64,000 nucleotides of DNA from an uncultured Beijerinckiaceae bacterium (GCA_964243435.1 CAXTFM010000002.1:10021-74020), one strand, 5' to 3'. Shown: positions 1 through 11,200, numbered from the stretch's first letter. Notes: generated by a model from the sequence alone, not told the origin. A program made the numbers and translations.

Positions 1-7
1 TTCAGGT

Positions 8-460
8 TTGGCACGTAGTTTGGACGTCGGTTTCGCAGAGCGCCGTGAAGCGGCGACAAGTTCTCGCCTCGCCCTGGTCAAGAAGATGCAGGAGCGGATG
101 ACCAGTCCCGAGAGCGAGGCCCGCGCCGCCGAACACCGCAAAGTCGTTCAGGCGCGCAATCAGCGCGACGCCGAAAGGGAAGAGCGTCGCAAGCAGGAGG
201 AAACGCGGCTCGCCGCCATTCGCGCAGCCGAGCAGGCTAAGCTCGACGCCGAGCGCCGTGCCCGCGAGGAGGAAGAGCGTATCCGGCTCGAAGCCGAGCA
301 GGCCGCCGAGGAGGCGCGTCTCGAAGCCGAGCGAGCGCGCCTTGCCGCGTCGTCCTCCGCTCGCGCCGCACGTGCGCTCGCCGAGATGATGGGCACGCGC
401 TTGAAGCGCGGCGGTGGTGGCAGCGGCGGCGGCACAGGCGACCAGCGCCGCCAAGCCTAA
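8..460 (+). CDS. Charged coiled-coil protein, DUF6481-like
   Basis: Starts GFAERREAA...LVKKMQER, then a long E/R/A-rich helix resembling the alphaproteobacterial DUF6481 family. TTG start at the window edge is uncertain. Confidence 0.6.
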   Translation: MARSLDVGFAERREAATSSRLALVKKMQERMTSPESEARAAEHRKVVQARNQRDAEREERRKQEETRLAAIRAAEQAKLDAERRAREEEERIRLEAEQAAEEARLEAERARLAASSSARAARALAEMMGTRLKRGGGGSGGGTGDQRRQA

Positions 461-1200
461 GTCGGGCCGAGACTTGGGTTGGGTTCGCCGGCTGGGCTGC
501 CCAACAAGGCGAGCAGCGCCGCTTCATTCGGTGCACTTGCAACAAGAACGTCAGCGCAGCCTGCTTCGTGCAGCGGCGCGGCGACCTCCGGCGACAGGGC
601 GAAATGCCTGAGTCTTGCCGCCGCGAAATCGTTCGCTGCGGCGAGGAAAAGCTCGGCGCTGCGCCGTGAATAGTGCAGGACGCCGTCGCCATGCCGGAGC
701 GCGCGTCCGACTTCGGGTGCGAAGACGCCTGTCGGCTCCGCCGCGTAGCATTCGACCACGGTCGTCCGACCCGACGAAGCAGCGTGCAGGTCGTGCAGCG
801 CGCGTTCCAGGTCGGGCCTGCGGTCGCGACCGGCAAGGTACGCGACGTGCCGCGGAACGTGCGCCAGCGACGGCAGCAGGACGCCGAGTTCGCCTGCGTC
901 GTTTGCCACGGTAGCCATGCCGCGAAAACCGCTGCGCCACGCCGCCTCGCGCGTGCGGGCGCCAACGAGCAGCAGCGGCACCAGGCGGCGCGTTTCGCGC
1001 GCCGGGAAAGCACTATCTCTCCAAGTCGCGAAGGCGTGAGCGCTTGTAGCGGCGACGGCATCCACCGTGCCGGTCGGCCAGGACGCGGCGAGCGGCACGA
1101 TGCGGATCACCGGCGCGACCACCACCTCGTGCCCGCCCGCTTCCAGCCGTGCCCGCGTGCGCGCGGCATCATCCTCGGCCCGCGTGAGCAGCAGGCGCAT
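457..1200 (-). CDS. hemD: Uroporphyrinogen-III synthase
   Basis: N-terminal [24 protein letters not shown] and HYSRRSA motifs. Directly downstream of hemC with a 1-nt overlap. Confidence 0.9.
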   Translation of the reverse strand: MRLLLTRAEDDAARTRARLEAGGHEVVVAPVIRIVPLAASWPTGTVDAVAATSAHAFATWRDSAFPARETRRLVPLLLVGARTREAAWRSGFRGMATVANDAGELGVLLPSLAHVPRHVAYLAGRDRRPDLERALHDLHAASSGRTTVVECYAAEPTGVFAPEVGRALRHGDGVLHYSRRSAELFLAAANDFAAARLRHFALSPEVAAPLHEAGCADVLVASAPNEAALLALLGSPAGEPNPSLGPT

Positions 1201-2126
1201 CAGGTCGAGAAGAAGCCCGCCGGCAACCGCGCCTTGACCGCCGCTCCGGCCGCCACGCCGATCGCCGCCGCGTCGGCCACCGCGCCGTGGGCCTCCTCGT
1301 CATAGGCCTGCGACCCGTCGGGCCGCAGCACCGTGCCGCGCAGGGTCACGGTGCCCCGATCCACCACGGCATGGGCGCCGATCGGCGTGCGGCAGGAGCC
1401 GTCGAGTGCGGCGAGGAAGCCGCGTTCGGCGGCGAGCGCCACGCCCGTGGGGCCGCAAAGGATGGGCGCCAGCAGAGCCGCCACGTGCGCGTCGCCGGAC
1501 CGCGCGGTGATGGCGATCGCGCCCTGTCCGGCCGCGGGCAGCATGTCCTCGACCGGGAGCACGTAGGTCGCCTCGTCGGCGAGGCCGAGCCGTTTCAGGC
1601 CGGCCAGCGCCAGCATGGTGCCGCTGAACGCGCCTTCCGCCACCCGGCGCAGGCGCGTCTGCACGTTGCCGCGCAGCAGCGCGGTCGAGATGTCGGGGCG
1701 CATCCGCCGGAGCATGGCGCCGCGCCGCAGCGACGCCGTCCCCACGACCGCGCCAACCGGCAGCTCGCGCGGCGAGGGCGCCACCGGCGAGATCCACGCG
1801 TCGCGGACGTCCTCGCGCGGCAGGTAGCCGGCGATGGCGATGGCGTCGGGCAGGAGGGTCGGCAGGTCCTTGGCCGAATGCACGGCGAGGTCGATGCCGC
1901 CCTCCATCAGCGCCGTGTCGAGTTCCTTGGTGAACAGCCCCTTGCCGCCCGCTTCCGACAGCGGCCTGTCCTGGATCGCGTCGCCGCTCGTCCGGATCAC
2001 GATGATGGCGATTGCGCCCTCGTCGAGCCCGTGCGCCGCACGCAAACGATCACGGGTCTGGTGTGCCTGCGCGAGCGCGAGCGGACTACCGCGCGTTCCG
2101 ATACGAAGCGAAGCGTCCGAGGGCAT
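1200..2126 (-). CDS. hemC: Hydroxymethylbilane synthase (porphobilinogen deaminase)
   Basis: [46 protein letters not shown] motifs. Confidence 0.97.
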   Translation of the reverse strand: MPSDASLRIGTRGSPLALAQAHQTRDRLRAAHGLDEGAIAIIVIRTSGDAIQDRPLSEAGGKGLFTKELDTALMEGGIDLAVHSAKDLPTLLPDAIAIAGYLPREDVRDAWISPVAPSPRELPVGAVVGTASLRRGAMLRRMRPDISTALLRGNVQTRLRRVAEGAFSGTMLALAGLKRLGLADEATYVLPVEDMLPAAGQGAIAITARSGDAHVAALLAPILCGPTGVALAAERGFLAALDGSCRTPIGAHAVVDRGTVTLRGTVLRPDGSQAYDEEAHGAVADAAAIGVAAGAAVKARLPAGFFST

Positions 2127-2225
2127 GCGGCGGGTCTCGTGGAAACGGTGGCGTACCTTACAGGCGGCTGGAACGAGGCGGAAGCGTCTTCCCCAAGCAC
2201 CCGGTTCGGGCTACGCCTTCGTCCC

Positions 2226-2564
2226 GTGACGTTCATCTACAAGATCGTGCCACGCCGCCTTTGGGACGAAGCCGCCGAGGCCTTCACCGGCGCGCCGGTC
2301 GACCTCGCCGACGGCTTCATTCATTTCTCAACTGCCGCGCAGCTCGCGGACACCGCGGCGAAGCACTTCGCCGGGCAGGCCGACCTGCTGCTCGTTACGG
2401 TCGACGCTGCACGCCTCGGCACGGCGCTGCGGTGGGAGGCGTCGCGCGGGGGCGCGCTGTTCCCGCATCTGTACGCACCGCTGCCGCTCGACGGTGTCGC
2501 TTCCGTGAGGCCGTTGCCGCAGCGGGCCGACGGGTCCCACGACATGACGGGACTCGTACCGTGA
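2226..2564 (+). CDS. DUF952 domain protein
   Basis: IYKI...[11 protein letters not shown]...[18 protein letters not shown] start at 2226 inside ORF 1287..2564; stop overlaps the pyrD start (GTGA). Confidence 0.9.
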   Translation: MTFIYKIVPRRLWDEAAEAFTGAPVDLADGFIHFSTAAQLADTAAKHFAGQADLLLVTVDAARLGTALRWEASRGGALFPHLYAPLPLDGVASVRPLPQRADGSHDMTGLVP

Positions 2565-3661
2565 AGGCGTTGTGGCCGCTCGCACGGCCGGTGCTCCACG
2601 CCCTCGATCCCGAACGGGCGCACGATCTCACCCTGAAGTTGCTCGCCGCCGTGCCGTTGCCCCGCCCGCGGCCGGACGATCCGCGCCTCGCCGTCGCGGC
2701 CTTCGGCCTGCATTTCCCCAATCCGGTCGGGCTTGCCGCCGGCTTCGACAAGAACGGCACCATCGCCCACCGGGCGAGCGCGCTCGGCTTCGGGGCGACG
2801 GAGGTCGGAACGGTGACGCCGTTGCCGCAGGCGGGCAACGCCAAGCCGCGGCTGTTCCGCTTGGCCGAGCACGGCGCCGTGATCAACCGGTTCGGCTTCA
2901 ACAGCCTCGGCCATGCCGGCGCGCAAGCCGGGCTCGCCCGCCTGCGCCGGAGCAGCCAAGGGGGCGCGGTGCTGGGCGTCAACGTCGGCGCCAACAAGGA
3001 TGCGTCCGACCGCATCGCCGACTACGTCGCCGGCGTTCGCGCCTTTGCCGGTATCGCCGACTACCTCACGATCAACGTCTCCTCGCCGAACACGCCCAAC
3101 CTGCGCGACCTGCAGAAGCCCGACGCGCTGGATGGACTGCTCGCCAAGGTGCTCGCCGCACGGGACGACGTCGCCGCGACCGCTTCGCGCGGCACGCCCG
3201 TCCTGTTGAAGATCGCGCCCGACCTGACCCTGGTCGAACTCGATGCGATCGTCAGGATCGCCCGTGACCGCGGCGTCGACGGCATGATCGTTTCGAACAC
3301 CACGGTCGGACGACCGGCATCGTTGGCGTCGCACCGTCACGGCGCCGAAACCGGCGGACTTTCCGGCCGCCCGCTGTTCGCGCTCGCGACGCGCATGCTG
3401 GCCGAAACGTTTCTGCGCGTCGACCGGCAGTTCCCGCTGGTCGGCGCCGGCGGCGTCGACAACGCGGCCACCGCGCTGTCAAAGATCGAGGCCGGCGCGA
3501 GCCTGGTGCAAAGTTACTCCGCCCTTGTCTTCACGGGGCCTGCGCTCGCGGGCGACATCAAGCGTGGCTTGCTATCCGCCTTGCGCGGGAACACGTTGTC
3601 CGACCTCGTCGGGTGCAACGCCGCGGACTGGGCACGAGGAGTGGGCGCGGACGTCGCCTAA
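2561..3661 (+). CDS. pyrD: Quinone-dependent dihydroorotate dehydrogenase (class 2)
   Basis: [58 protein letters not shown] motifs. GTG start at 2561. Confidence 0.96.
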   Translation: MKALWPLARPVLHALDPERAHDLTLKLLAAVPLPRPRPDDPRLAVAAFGLHFPNPVGLAAGFDKNGTIAHRASALGFGATEVGTVTPLPQAGNAKPRLFRLAEHGAVINRFGFNSLGHAGAQAGLARLRRSSQGGAVLGVNVGANKDASDRIADYVAGVRAFAGIADYLTINVSSPNTPNLRDLQKPDALDGLLAKVLAARDDVAATASRGTPVLLKIAPDLTLVELDAIVRIARDRGVDGMIVSNTTVGRPASLASHRHGAETGGLSGRPLFALATRMLAETFLRVDRQFPLVGAGGVDNAATALSKIEAGASLVQSYSALVFTGPALAGDIKRGLLSALRGNTLSDLVGCNAADWARGVGADVA

Positions 3662-3825
3662 CCGCGTCCACCCTTTTCCTTGTCGCTGGGGGGTTGGATC
3701 GGCGAGATCGGATCACTTGCCGGAAACGTGTCCTCCAGCCCCTTGTCGAGAGGATCCTTGTCGAGAGCGTCCTTGTCTTGGCTCTGCGCCGCCTCGGCGT
3801 CCTTGTCCTTGATCTTCTCGCTCAT
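3658..3825 (-). CDS. Small acidic protein with [14 protein letters not shown] motif
   Basis: 55 aa from ATG 3825 with a GGAGGG RBS. The L.DTFPASDP motif recurs in small alphaproteobacterial hypothetical proteins. Confidence 0.75.
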   Translation of the reverse strand: MSEKIKDKDAEAAQSQDKDALDKDPLDKGLEDTFPASDPISPIQPPSDKEKGGRG

Positions 3826-3848
3826 CGCAGATCCCTCCAGGCCTCCCC

Positions 3849-3874
3849 AATCGGCCAATGCGCCGTTGCGTTCC
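3849..3874 (-). promoter_or_regulatory. Candidate EcfG/sigma-T general-stress promoter (GGAAC-N16-CGAT)
   Basis: Minus strand reads GGAAC gcaacggcgcattggc CGATT, 23 nt upstream of the small-protein start. One mismatch to GGAAC-N16/17-CGTT. Confidence 0.5.
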
Positions 3875-3903
3875 CCGCAACACCTTCTCCGGTGCCCGGC
3901 GTA

Positions 3904-6825
3904 CTAGCCGGCGAGCACACGGGCCGGCGGGAACGAGATCTCGATCATGGTGCCCTGGTCGAGCTTGCTCCGGATGATGAAGGTCGCCTCGTTGGCTTCG
4001 ACGAGGGCCTTCGCCAACGGCAGGCCGAAGCCGGCGGCGCCGAGGCCGCGCGACCCGTCGCCCAACCGGCCGAGCGGGTCGAGCACGGTTGCAAGGTCGT
4101 CGTCGGAGATGCCGGGGCCGGTGTCGCGGATGCGCACCACCACGTGGCCCTCATCCGTGCGGGTCGAGGCGACGATCACCTGACCGCCCGGCTCGTTGAA
4201 CCTGACCGCGTGCAAAAGGACGTTGTTGAGGCAGCGGCGCAGGGTGCGCCCGTCCGCCCTGACTGGCGGGAGGCCCGGGGCAAGCGACAGGCGCATGATG
4301 ATCCGTTCGCGGTTGGCGCGCGGCTGCAGTTCCGCCACCACCTCGCCCACCATCCTGCCGATGTCCACCGCGTCGGGCGCCAGCTCGATCCGGCCGGTCT
4401 TGATTCGCGTGAGGTCGAGCAGGTCGTCGACCAAGCTCACCACATGCCGGCCCGCCGCGCGGATGTCGCTGAGATACCCCCTGTGGCGCTCCGCTCCTGC
4501 GGAGCGTTCCTCCAGCAGGACGTCGACGAGACTGCCGATGGCGTTGAGCGGCGTGCGGATCTCCTGGCTGACGCGGGCAAGGAAATCGGCCTCCAAGGCG
4601 CCGCCGGCTTCCACCTCCCCGCGCGCGTGGTCGAGGTCGCGTTCGACGCGCTTCAACGGCGTCAGATCGCGGAACAGGGCGCAAAAGCGCGATCCGTCGG
4701 CTTCGTCGGCGGAGCTGCCGAGCCGCCCCAGCGTCATGAACACGGGAAGCGTGCCGTCCCCATGCACCTGCACCAGGATCTCGCGCCCATCGTTCAGCAG
4801 GCGCTTCGTCGGGCTCGACGTCAGGCCCTCAAGGTACTCGGCCGCCAAGCCGCGGTTGTTCGCCGCGAACAGGTCGAGGAACGGCTTGCCGGTCACGGCG
4901 CCGCGGTCGCAGCCGAACAGGGCCTCGCCGGACCTGTTGAGCGAGCGCACGTTGCCCGCCGCATCGATGATGGCGACGCCGTCCGTCGCGGTTTCGAGGA
5001 TGGCGCGAAGGTCGCGCAGTTCGTCGCCTTCGGGCGCGGGTGCCGGCGGCTCGCCTGTGTCCGGCGCGGCTCGATCCGGCTTGCGCCCGTCATCGGTCTG
5101 TCCGCCGCTTGCAGGCCCGGCTGCGCTGCCGAGCGTGAGCAGGGTCGCCGGCAGCCCATCCCAGCTGGTGCGCTGCATGCGCGCGATGGCGGGGATGATC
5201 GCACCGCCATGGGTGCGCAGGCCGACCGCTTCGGCGCCGCTGGCGTTGCCGGGCATGTCGCCGAACAGGTAACCGAGGCCCCCGGCGGCGTGGAGCGCGT
5301 CCTCGTCCGCGAAGCCCGTCAGTTCCAAAAACGCGCGGTTGGCGAAGATCGGCACGTTGTCGCGGCTGACCAGCACGGCCAGGGCAAGCCGGTCGAGAAC
5401 GGCGAGTCCGTTGCGCGCGACGCTCCCCGCGCGCTCCTGCGCCGGACCGCCCGGCACCGGGGCGCTTTCCAACAGGGGGGGTGGCGCCGTGATGCTCGGC
5501 GCCGACCGCAGGTCGGCGCCGGCAGGCGGGGGCACGGCGTCCCGTTCCGGCGCGACGGCGTCGGGCGCCGGCGGCCGCTCCGCACCATCGGAGGTTTCGG
5601 CCTCGCGTGCGGTCGCATCGACGACGCCGACCCGGTCGCGAAGCTCGTCGCCGATGCTGCGGAACGCGTCGCGATCCTCGGACGACATCGCCTTCGCCGC
5701 GCCGGGAAAGGTCACGACCGTGGCGGAGGCCGGCTCGGTGGCTGGAAACGGCATGAGGCGGAGGCGCTCGTGCGGCGCGATGCGGTCGAGGCGGATCACC
5801 CCGTAGCCGCGAAAGCCCTCGAAGGCGCGCTCCCGGCCGAACACGGGGATGGCGCCGAGGCGAACGTCGACGGCGGCGGAGGCGTCGGTGATCGGCCAGG
5901 CGACGTCGACGCCGCTCCACGTGTCGCGGCCGGCAAGGGCCCCGGCGAGGCGGCCCGTCGGGTCGAGTCGCGCGGCGAGGTCGGGAAAGCCCCGGCCGAC
6001 AAGGTCGGCGTTCGCTGCGCCGACGATCTCAGCGAGCTGCGGCGTGAGATGCGTGCAGGTGCCGTCGCCGTCCGTTTGCCACAGGAAGCGGACCGTCCCC
6101 TTCACGGGCCAGCGCGCCCGGAGCATGGCCTGGATGGCCTGCACCGATTGCGGCGCCGGCATGCGCGGGCGGGCGTCCGGCACGGGCTCGGCGACGGACG
6201 TGGCTGCCACCGGCGCCGCTTCGGCCAGCACGTCCGGCATTCGCGACGCGGCCTGCGCCGGGCCGCCCGTCGACGACGCCCATGACACGAGGGGTGATGC
6301 CGGGGAAGGTGCCAGGGGGAAGGCGCGCGGCGGCGGGGGTTCCCCCGATTCCGGTCGGGCCTGACGCGCCTCGTCGGGCTGGGCGGGCCGCTCGGCCAGC
6401 ACCTCGCCCCCCATGCCCAGGGCGGCGGCAATGAACAGCGTTTGGTCGTCGCGGAACAGCACGCGGCGGCACAGGAAGGTCACGACCTCGCTCGCCGGAC
6501 TGACCAGGAAGCGCAGCCGTTCCAGGCGCGGCGCCCCGTCGATAGTCAGGTTCTGGCAGAGATGGGCGAGGCGCCGGCTTCCTGGATCGTGCCCGGCGAG
6601 GAGGCGTGCGGCGAGCGCCTCGCTGTCCGAAACGTCGAAAAAGCGGAAGATCATCCGGCTCGCGACGACGAGCCGGGTGCCGCGCTCGGCGACGGCGATC
6701 AAGGGCGGCAGTCGGGTGCCGGCCAATGACAGGGCTTGCAGCATGGTCCCGAGATCGCGGCGCGTGAGGTTTGACCCGAACCAAACATCATCCATCGAGA
6801 CCGACACACCCCGCAGCGCTGCCAA
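3904..6825 (-). CDS. PAS-domain PdhS/CbrA-like (PleC-DivJ family) sensor, degenerate kinase motifs
   Basis: PRLERLRF N-terminal region, RFLWQTD PAS-like segment with FEGFRGYG, PAS (ILETATDGV), HisKA-like FLARVSQEIRTPLNAI and HATPase DTGPGI. Start position uncertain. Confidence 0.88.
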   Translation of the reverse strand: MAALRGVSVSMDDVWFGSNLTRRDLGTMLQALSLAGTRLPPLIAVAERGTRLVVASRMIFRFFDVSDSEALAARLLAGHDPGSRRLAHLCQNLTIDGAPRLERLRFLVSPASEVVTFLCRRVLFRDDQTLFIAAALGMGGEVLAERPAQPDEARQARPESGEPPPPRAFPLAPSPASPLVSWASSTGGPAQAASRMPDVLAEAAPVAATSVAEPVPDARPRMPAPQSVQAIQAMLRARWPVKGTVRFLWQTDGDGTCTHLTPQLAEIVGAANADLVGRGFPDLAARLDPTGRLAGALAGRDTWSGVDVAWPITDASAAVDVRLGAIPVFGRERAFEGFRGYGVIRLDRIAPHERLRLMPFPATEPASATVVTFPGAAKAMSSEDRDAFRSIGDELRDRVGVVDATAREAETSDGAERPPAPDAVAPERDAVPPPAGADLRSAPSITAPPPLLESAPVPGGPAQERAGSVARNGLAVLDRLALAVLVSRDNVPIFANRAFLELTGFADEDALHAAGGLGYLFGDMPGNASGAEAVGLRTHGGAIIPAIARMQRTSWDGLPATLLTLGSAAGPASGGQTDDGRKPDRAAPDTGEPPAPAPEGDELRDLRAILETATDGVAIIDAAGNVRSLNRSGEALFGCDRGAVTGKPFLDLFAANNRGLAAEYLEGLTSSPTKRLLNDGREILVQVHGDGTLPVFMTLGRLGSSADEADGSRFCALFRDLTPLKRVERDLDHARGEVEAGGALEADFLARVSQEIRTPLNAIGSLVDVLLEERSAGAERHRGYLSDIRAAGRHVVSLVDDLLDLTRIKTGRIELAPDAVDIGRMVGEVVAELQPRANRERIIMRLSLAPGLPPVRADGRTLRRCLNNVLLHAVRFNEPGGQVIVASTRTDEGHVVVRIRDTGPGISDDDLATVLDPLGRLGDGSRGLGAAGFGLPLAKALVEANEATFIIRSKLDQGTMIEISFPPARVLAG

Positions 6826-6976
6826 CCGGCGGACCGCTTGATGCCGCCGGGTCGTTGAGGTTCCTAATGGGAGGGCCGCCGAGCGTCCATTGCGCGGATA
6901 GCGAACCGCACACTCAACCTTTGTTAGCCTTAATTGCGGCGCTTGGCTGCGCGACGGCGATCGTCCGGTCGCCGCG

Positions 6977-8245
6977 TCAACGTGCTTCGATCAGGATCGC
7001 GCGGAAGTCGTTGACGTTGGTCAAGGTCGGCCCCGTCACCACGCTGTCGCCAAGCGCCGTGAAGAAGGTGTGCCCGTCATTGGCGGCGAGGCTTGCCGCC
7101 GGCACGATTCCGCGCGTCAGGGCGCGTTCCAGCGTGGTCGGCGAGGCGTAGGCGCCGGCGATCTCCTCCGCTCCGTCGACCCCGTCCGTGTCGCCGGCCA
7201 GCGCGTGGACGCCGCGCTCGCCGGCGAGGCCGACCGCGAGCGACAGCAGGAATTCGACGTTGCGGCCGCCGCGCCCGGCACCGCGCACGGTGACGGTGGA
7301 CTCGCCGCCCGACAGCAGCACGCAGGGCGCGGCGAAGGGCTGGCCGCGGCGGGCGACCTGGCGGGCGATGCCGGCCATCACCGTGCCCATGTCGCGCGCC
7401 TCGCCCTCGAGGTCGTCGCCGAGGATGTGGGGGGTGACGCCGTGGGCGCGGGCCACGGCGGCGGCGGCCTCCAGCGAGGCCTGCGGGGCGGCGATGAGAT
7501 GGAACGCGGTGTTCGCCATGGTCCGCTCGTCCGGCTTCGGCGTTTCGCCGCGGCCGTCCGCCAGCGCGGCTGCCACGGCGGCGGGCAGCGCGATGCGGTA
7601 TCTGTCCACCACCGCGCGGGCGTCGGCGCAGGTGGTCGGGTCGGCGACGGTCGGGCCGGATGCGATGTCGCCAGGCCCGTCACCCGGCACGTCGGAGATC
7701 GCCAGCGTCACCACCCTTGCCGGCGCGCAGGCGGCGGCGAGCCGGCCGCCCTTGATGCCCGACAGATGGCGGCGCACGACGTTCATTTCCGTGATCGTCG
7801 CCCCGCTGCGCAGCAACGCCGTGTTGACCGCCTGCTTGTCGGCCAGCGTCAGGCCGGCGAGCGGCATCGGCAGCAGCGCCGAGCCACCGCCGGAGATCAA
7901 CGCGATCACCAGGTCGTCGGCGTGCAGGCCGGCGACGAGCGCCATCATGCGCCGCGCCGCCGCGGCGCCGGCCTCGTCCGGCACGGGATGGCTCGCTTCC
8001 ACGATCTCGATCGACCGCGTCGCCGCGCCGTGCCCGTAGCGGGTCACGACGAGGCCGGCGAGCGGCCCGTCCCAGTGCGCCTCCAGCGCCCGTGCCATCT
8101 CGGCCGAGGCCTTGCCCGCACCGATCACCAGCGTGCGCCCCTTCGGCCGCGGTGGCAGCAGCGGCGCAATGGTCTTCATCGGCTGCGCGGCCGCGATCGC
8201 GGCATTGAAAAGCGCGCGCAGGAGGTCCTTGGGGTCGGCGATCAA
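6977..8245 (-). CDS. Glycerate kinase, MOFRL/TtuD family
   Basis: VIGAGKASAEMA, EASHPVPD, LISGGGSAL, IKGGRLA, SDVPGD, SGGESTV, DTDGVDG, TGPTLTNVNDFRAIL. Confidence 0.93.
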   Translation of the reverse strand: MIADPKDLLRALFNAAIAAAQPMKTIAPLLPPRPKGRTLVIGAGKASAEMARALEAHWDGPLAGLVVTRYGHGAATRSIEIVEASHPVPDEAGAAAARRMMALVAGLHADDLVIALISGGGSALLPMPLAGLTLADKQAVNTALLRSGATITEMNVVRRHLSGIKGGRLAAACAPARVVTLAISDVPGDGPGDIASGPTVADPTTCADARAVVDRYRIALPAAVAAALADGRGETPKPDERTMANTAFHLIAAPQASLEAAAAVARAHGVTPHILGDDLEGEARDMGTVMAGIARQVARRGQPFAAPCVLLSGGESTVTVRGAGRGGRNVEFLLSLAVGLAGERGVHALAGDTDGVDGAEEIAGAYASPTTLERALTRGIVPAASLAANDGHTFFTALGDSVVTGPTLTNVNDFRAILIEAR

Positions 8246-8252
8246 CGTTGTC

Positions 8253-11200
8253 TCAAAGCGAGGACAGCTTCGCGCTGTTTACGCGAGAAGCGCTTGCCGC
8301 GCCATTCCACCCACCGGGGGGTGGCGCGACCTCGCTGGCGTCGGGGTTGGCCGGCTTCGGCTGGAAGGCGGCGGCGAAGGCCTTGGCGATGGCGAGGTCG
8401 TTGGTGCCGAGCTTGGCGCCGATCTCGTCGCGCTTGCGCGCGGCATCCGCGTCGTCCTGCGAGGCCGCGATTGCGAACCACTGGTAGGACTGCGTGAGGG
8501 ATTGCTGCACGCCGAGGCCGCGCGCCAGGAGGACGGCGAGGTTGTACTGGCTGTCGTGCACGCCGTATCCGGCCGCCTTGCGGAACCAGGTCGCGGCGCC
8601 GGCATAGTCGGGATGGCCGTCCCCATCGGCGAGCAGAACAGCGAGGTTGTGCATGGCGCGCGCGTTCCCCGCCTCCGCCGCCTGGATGTAAAGGGTCCGC
8701 GCCCTGGCCTTGTCCTGCGCGATGCCGACGCCCTTCTCGTAGAGCGACGCCAGACGGTATTGCGCGGGAACGAGGCCCTGCTCCGCCGCCTTTTCAAGCC
8801 AGAAGGCGGCGAGCTTGGGATCGCGCGCGACCGCGCGGCCATCGGCGTAGCGGGCGCCGAGGTCGTACTGGGCGGCGCCGACGCCGGCCTCCGCCGCCGT
8901 CTTCAGGCCTGACGGCAGCATCGGGCGCGGCGGGTTGGACGCGGCGGCGAAGGCGGGCAGGCTCGGGATCGAGCCGGTCTGGATCGGGTCACTGCCGGGG
9001 ATGGCGGCCGCGAGCGGCGCCGCCGGCTTCGGCAGGGCACTCGGCGACAGGGCGCCCGTGCGGGACGCGGCCGGGACGCGCTCGGGTGCCGGCGGGGCAA
9101 GCTGCGCGACAACGGCGCGCGCTTCCGGCCTCGCTGCCGGCGTCGCGGCGACGATGTCGCGCGCACCCCCGATGCCGTTCTGCTGCAGCAGCGCGAGCGT
9201 TCCAAGCACCATGACGATGGCGGCGACGCCCATCAGCAGGGGTCGCTTGTGGGCGGCGACGTAGGCGCGGGACTTCGCGAGCAGCCCGGCACGGGCTTCC
9301 CGCTGCGCCGACGCGGAAGCCGGGCGACGGACCGGCGCGACCAGGGGGTCGGCCCGCGCGGCCGTGGCGGCGCGGCGCGCGGCGGCGATGTAGTGCGCGC
9401 GCTGCGCGGCCTCGTCGAGGTCGTCGGGCTTGTGCGGCTCCGGGGCGCTTCGCCGGGACGTTGACAAGGGCGGCGAGACCGCGTCGCGTGCAACGGCGGG
9501 GGCGGGCGGGAGCGCGGCCGGCCGCTGGGCTGCCGGGCGCAATGCTTCCCCGGCCTCGGCCGTCTGGTCCCGGTCGAGCGTCGACAAGCGGTCGACCATG
9601 CCATCCAGGATGCCGTGCACCGCGTCGAGCGCGCGCGCCGAGCGTGCGCCGTCCATCGCGGCGAGCTGCGGCGCGGCACCCTCGGCGGTGGCCTTCGAGT
9701 GCATGCGTCCGTCGCCGGCGGCGATGCGGAGCACTTCGCGGGCGGCATGGGCCGCGGACGCTTCGACGTCGGCGCGGGTCCCTTCGAGCTGGTCGAACAG
9801 TTCCCGCACCGATGCCGCGAGCGTCGGCAGGATGGACAGGCCCTGCTCCGAGCGCTCATAGCGCGCCGACAGTCGCTCGACCTGCTCCTGCAAGGCGTCG
9901 AGCGCGGCGATGTCGGCGCCCGGCGCGCGCACCGCCTCGATCTTGGCGCCGAGGTCATGCACCAGCCCTTCAAGCGCGCTGGTGTCGAGCTTGGGCGCAG
10001 GGAGGCGGACCGGCTGCGGCTTCCTTGCGAGCATCTCGTCGACCTTGCCGGCGAGCGAGGCGAGCTGCCGTTCGATCTTGTCGAGGGCCGCATCGGTGGC
10101 GGCTTGTCGCACGGCGGGGGTCGGCGCGGCATCCGCCGTCACTCCGTCGGCCTTGCTGCGCTTGGCCGACCTGAGATGCTCCATCTTTTCGGAAATGGAG
10201 CGAATGTCGATGTCGAGCGCGTCGAGGGCGTCGCCATTCGTCTTGGGCTGCACTTCGCCGCGTACCGCGACGGTGGGCAGCACCGGCCGCACGGTGCGCA
10301 TGGGCGGGCCTTCGAACTCCGCGGCGGGTGCGCGCAGCGACGCGCCGATCGGCGGTGCGGCGTCACGCGGGACGGGCTCGTGCCGTGCCTCAAGCGACGG
10401 CTCGGGCGACGAGCGATCGATCCCGTCGCCTTTGGCGCCGCCTGCCATGCTGTCGTCGAACGCGGCGCGCGGCGGATGCGCCAGCGCGTCCCGTCGCCGG
10501 CTGATCTCGGCGATGGCGTCGCCGAGGCTGCGTCGCGGCGAGGGCTCGGCTTTTTGCACCGCCTGCACGGCGACCTGCGACACGGCCGTCGGCTGGAACC
10601 GGATCGCGTCGAGGATGGTGTTCAGTTTGCCTTCGAGGCGCCGCACGCCGTCCGCATCGGGGTCCGGCTCCGGGGCGTGGATGCCGTGGCGCACGGCGTT
10701 CTCGGCTTCGCTGCGCTTGCCGATGATGTCGAGGCGCGCTTCAAGCCGGGCGAGCGCGCCCTTGATGGGGCTCTCGCCCGAGGTCATGCGCTCGGTGATC
10801 TTGGCTTCCAGGCTCGCCATCGTCCGCGCCAGGGCGTCGACGGCCTCGCGCTCCTGCGCCCGCCGCTCCTCGCTCGTCTGCATCATGGCGGCAAGGGACG
10901 CCAGCGTCTCGTCCATGCCGCGTTTTTCCGTGCGCCGCTCGGCCTGCCGAGCGGCGAGGTGCCCGCCTTCGACCGCGTCGGAAACGACGTCGGCGCGCGT
11001 GGCGGAGGGCAGGTGACGTTCCCGCCGCGGGTCCGGCCGCACCGCGTCGCGCGCCCACCGTTCGTGCATTCGCCGCTCCCAAACCGCCGGCTCGCGCACC
11101 GGGTCCACTTGCACCCCGCGCCGCGCGGCATCATCCGGGTCGCGCTCGTGAAGGGCGCGGGGTTCGCGCGCGGGTCGCGCCGGGGAGGAAGCGTAGCGGG

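Noticed and set aside
3613-6285. 890-aa plus-strand ORF, and similar long antisense ORFs such as 21048..23339, 32331..34373 and 9615..11264
   Set aside because: They lie opposite well-supported genes; stop-codon scarcity at high GC explains them.
6900-6940. Possible CtrA site upstream of the PdhS-like gene
   Set aside because: Only one TTAA half-site (6930-6933), with no second half-site at 7-nt spacing.
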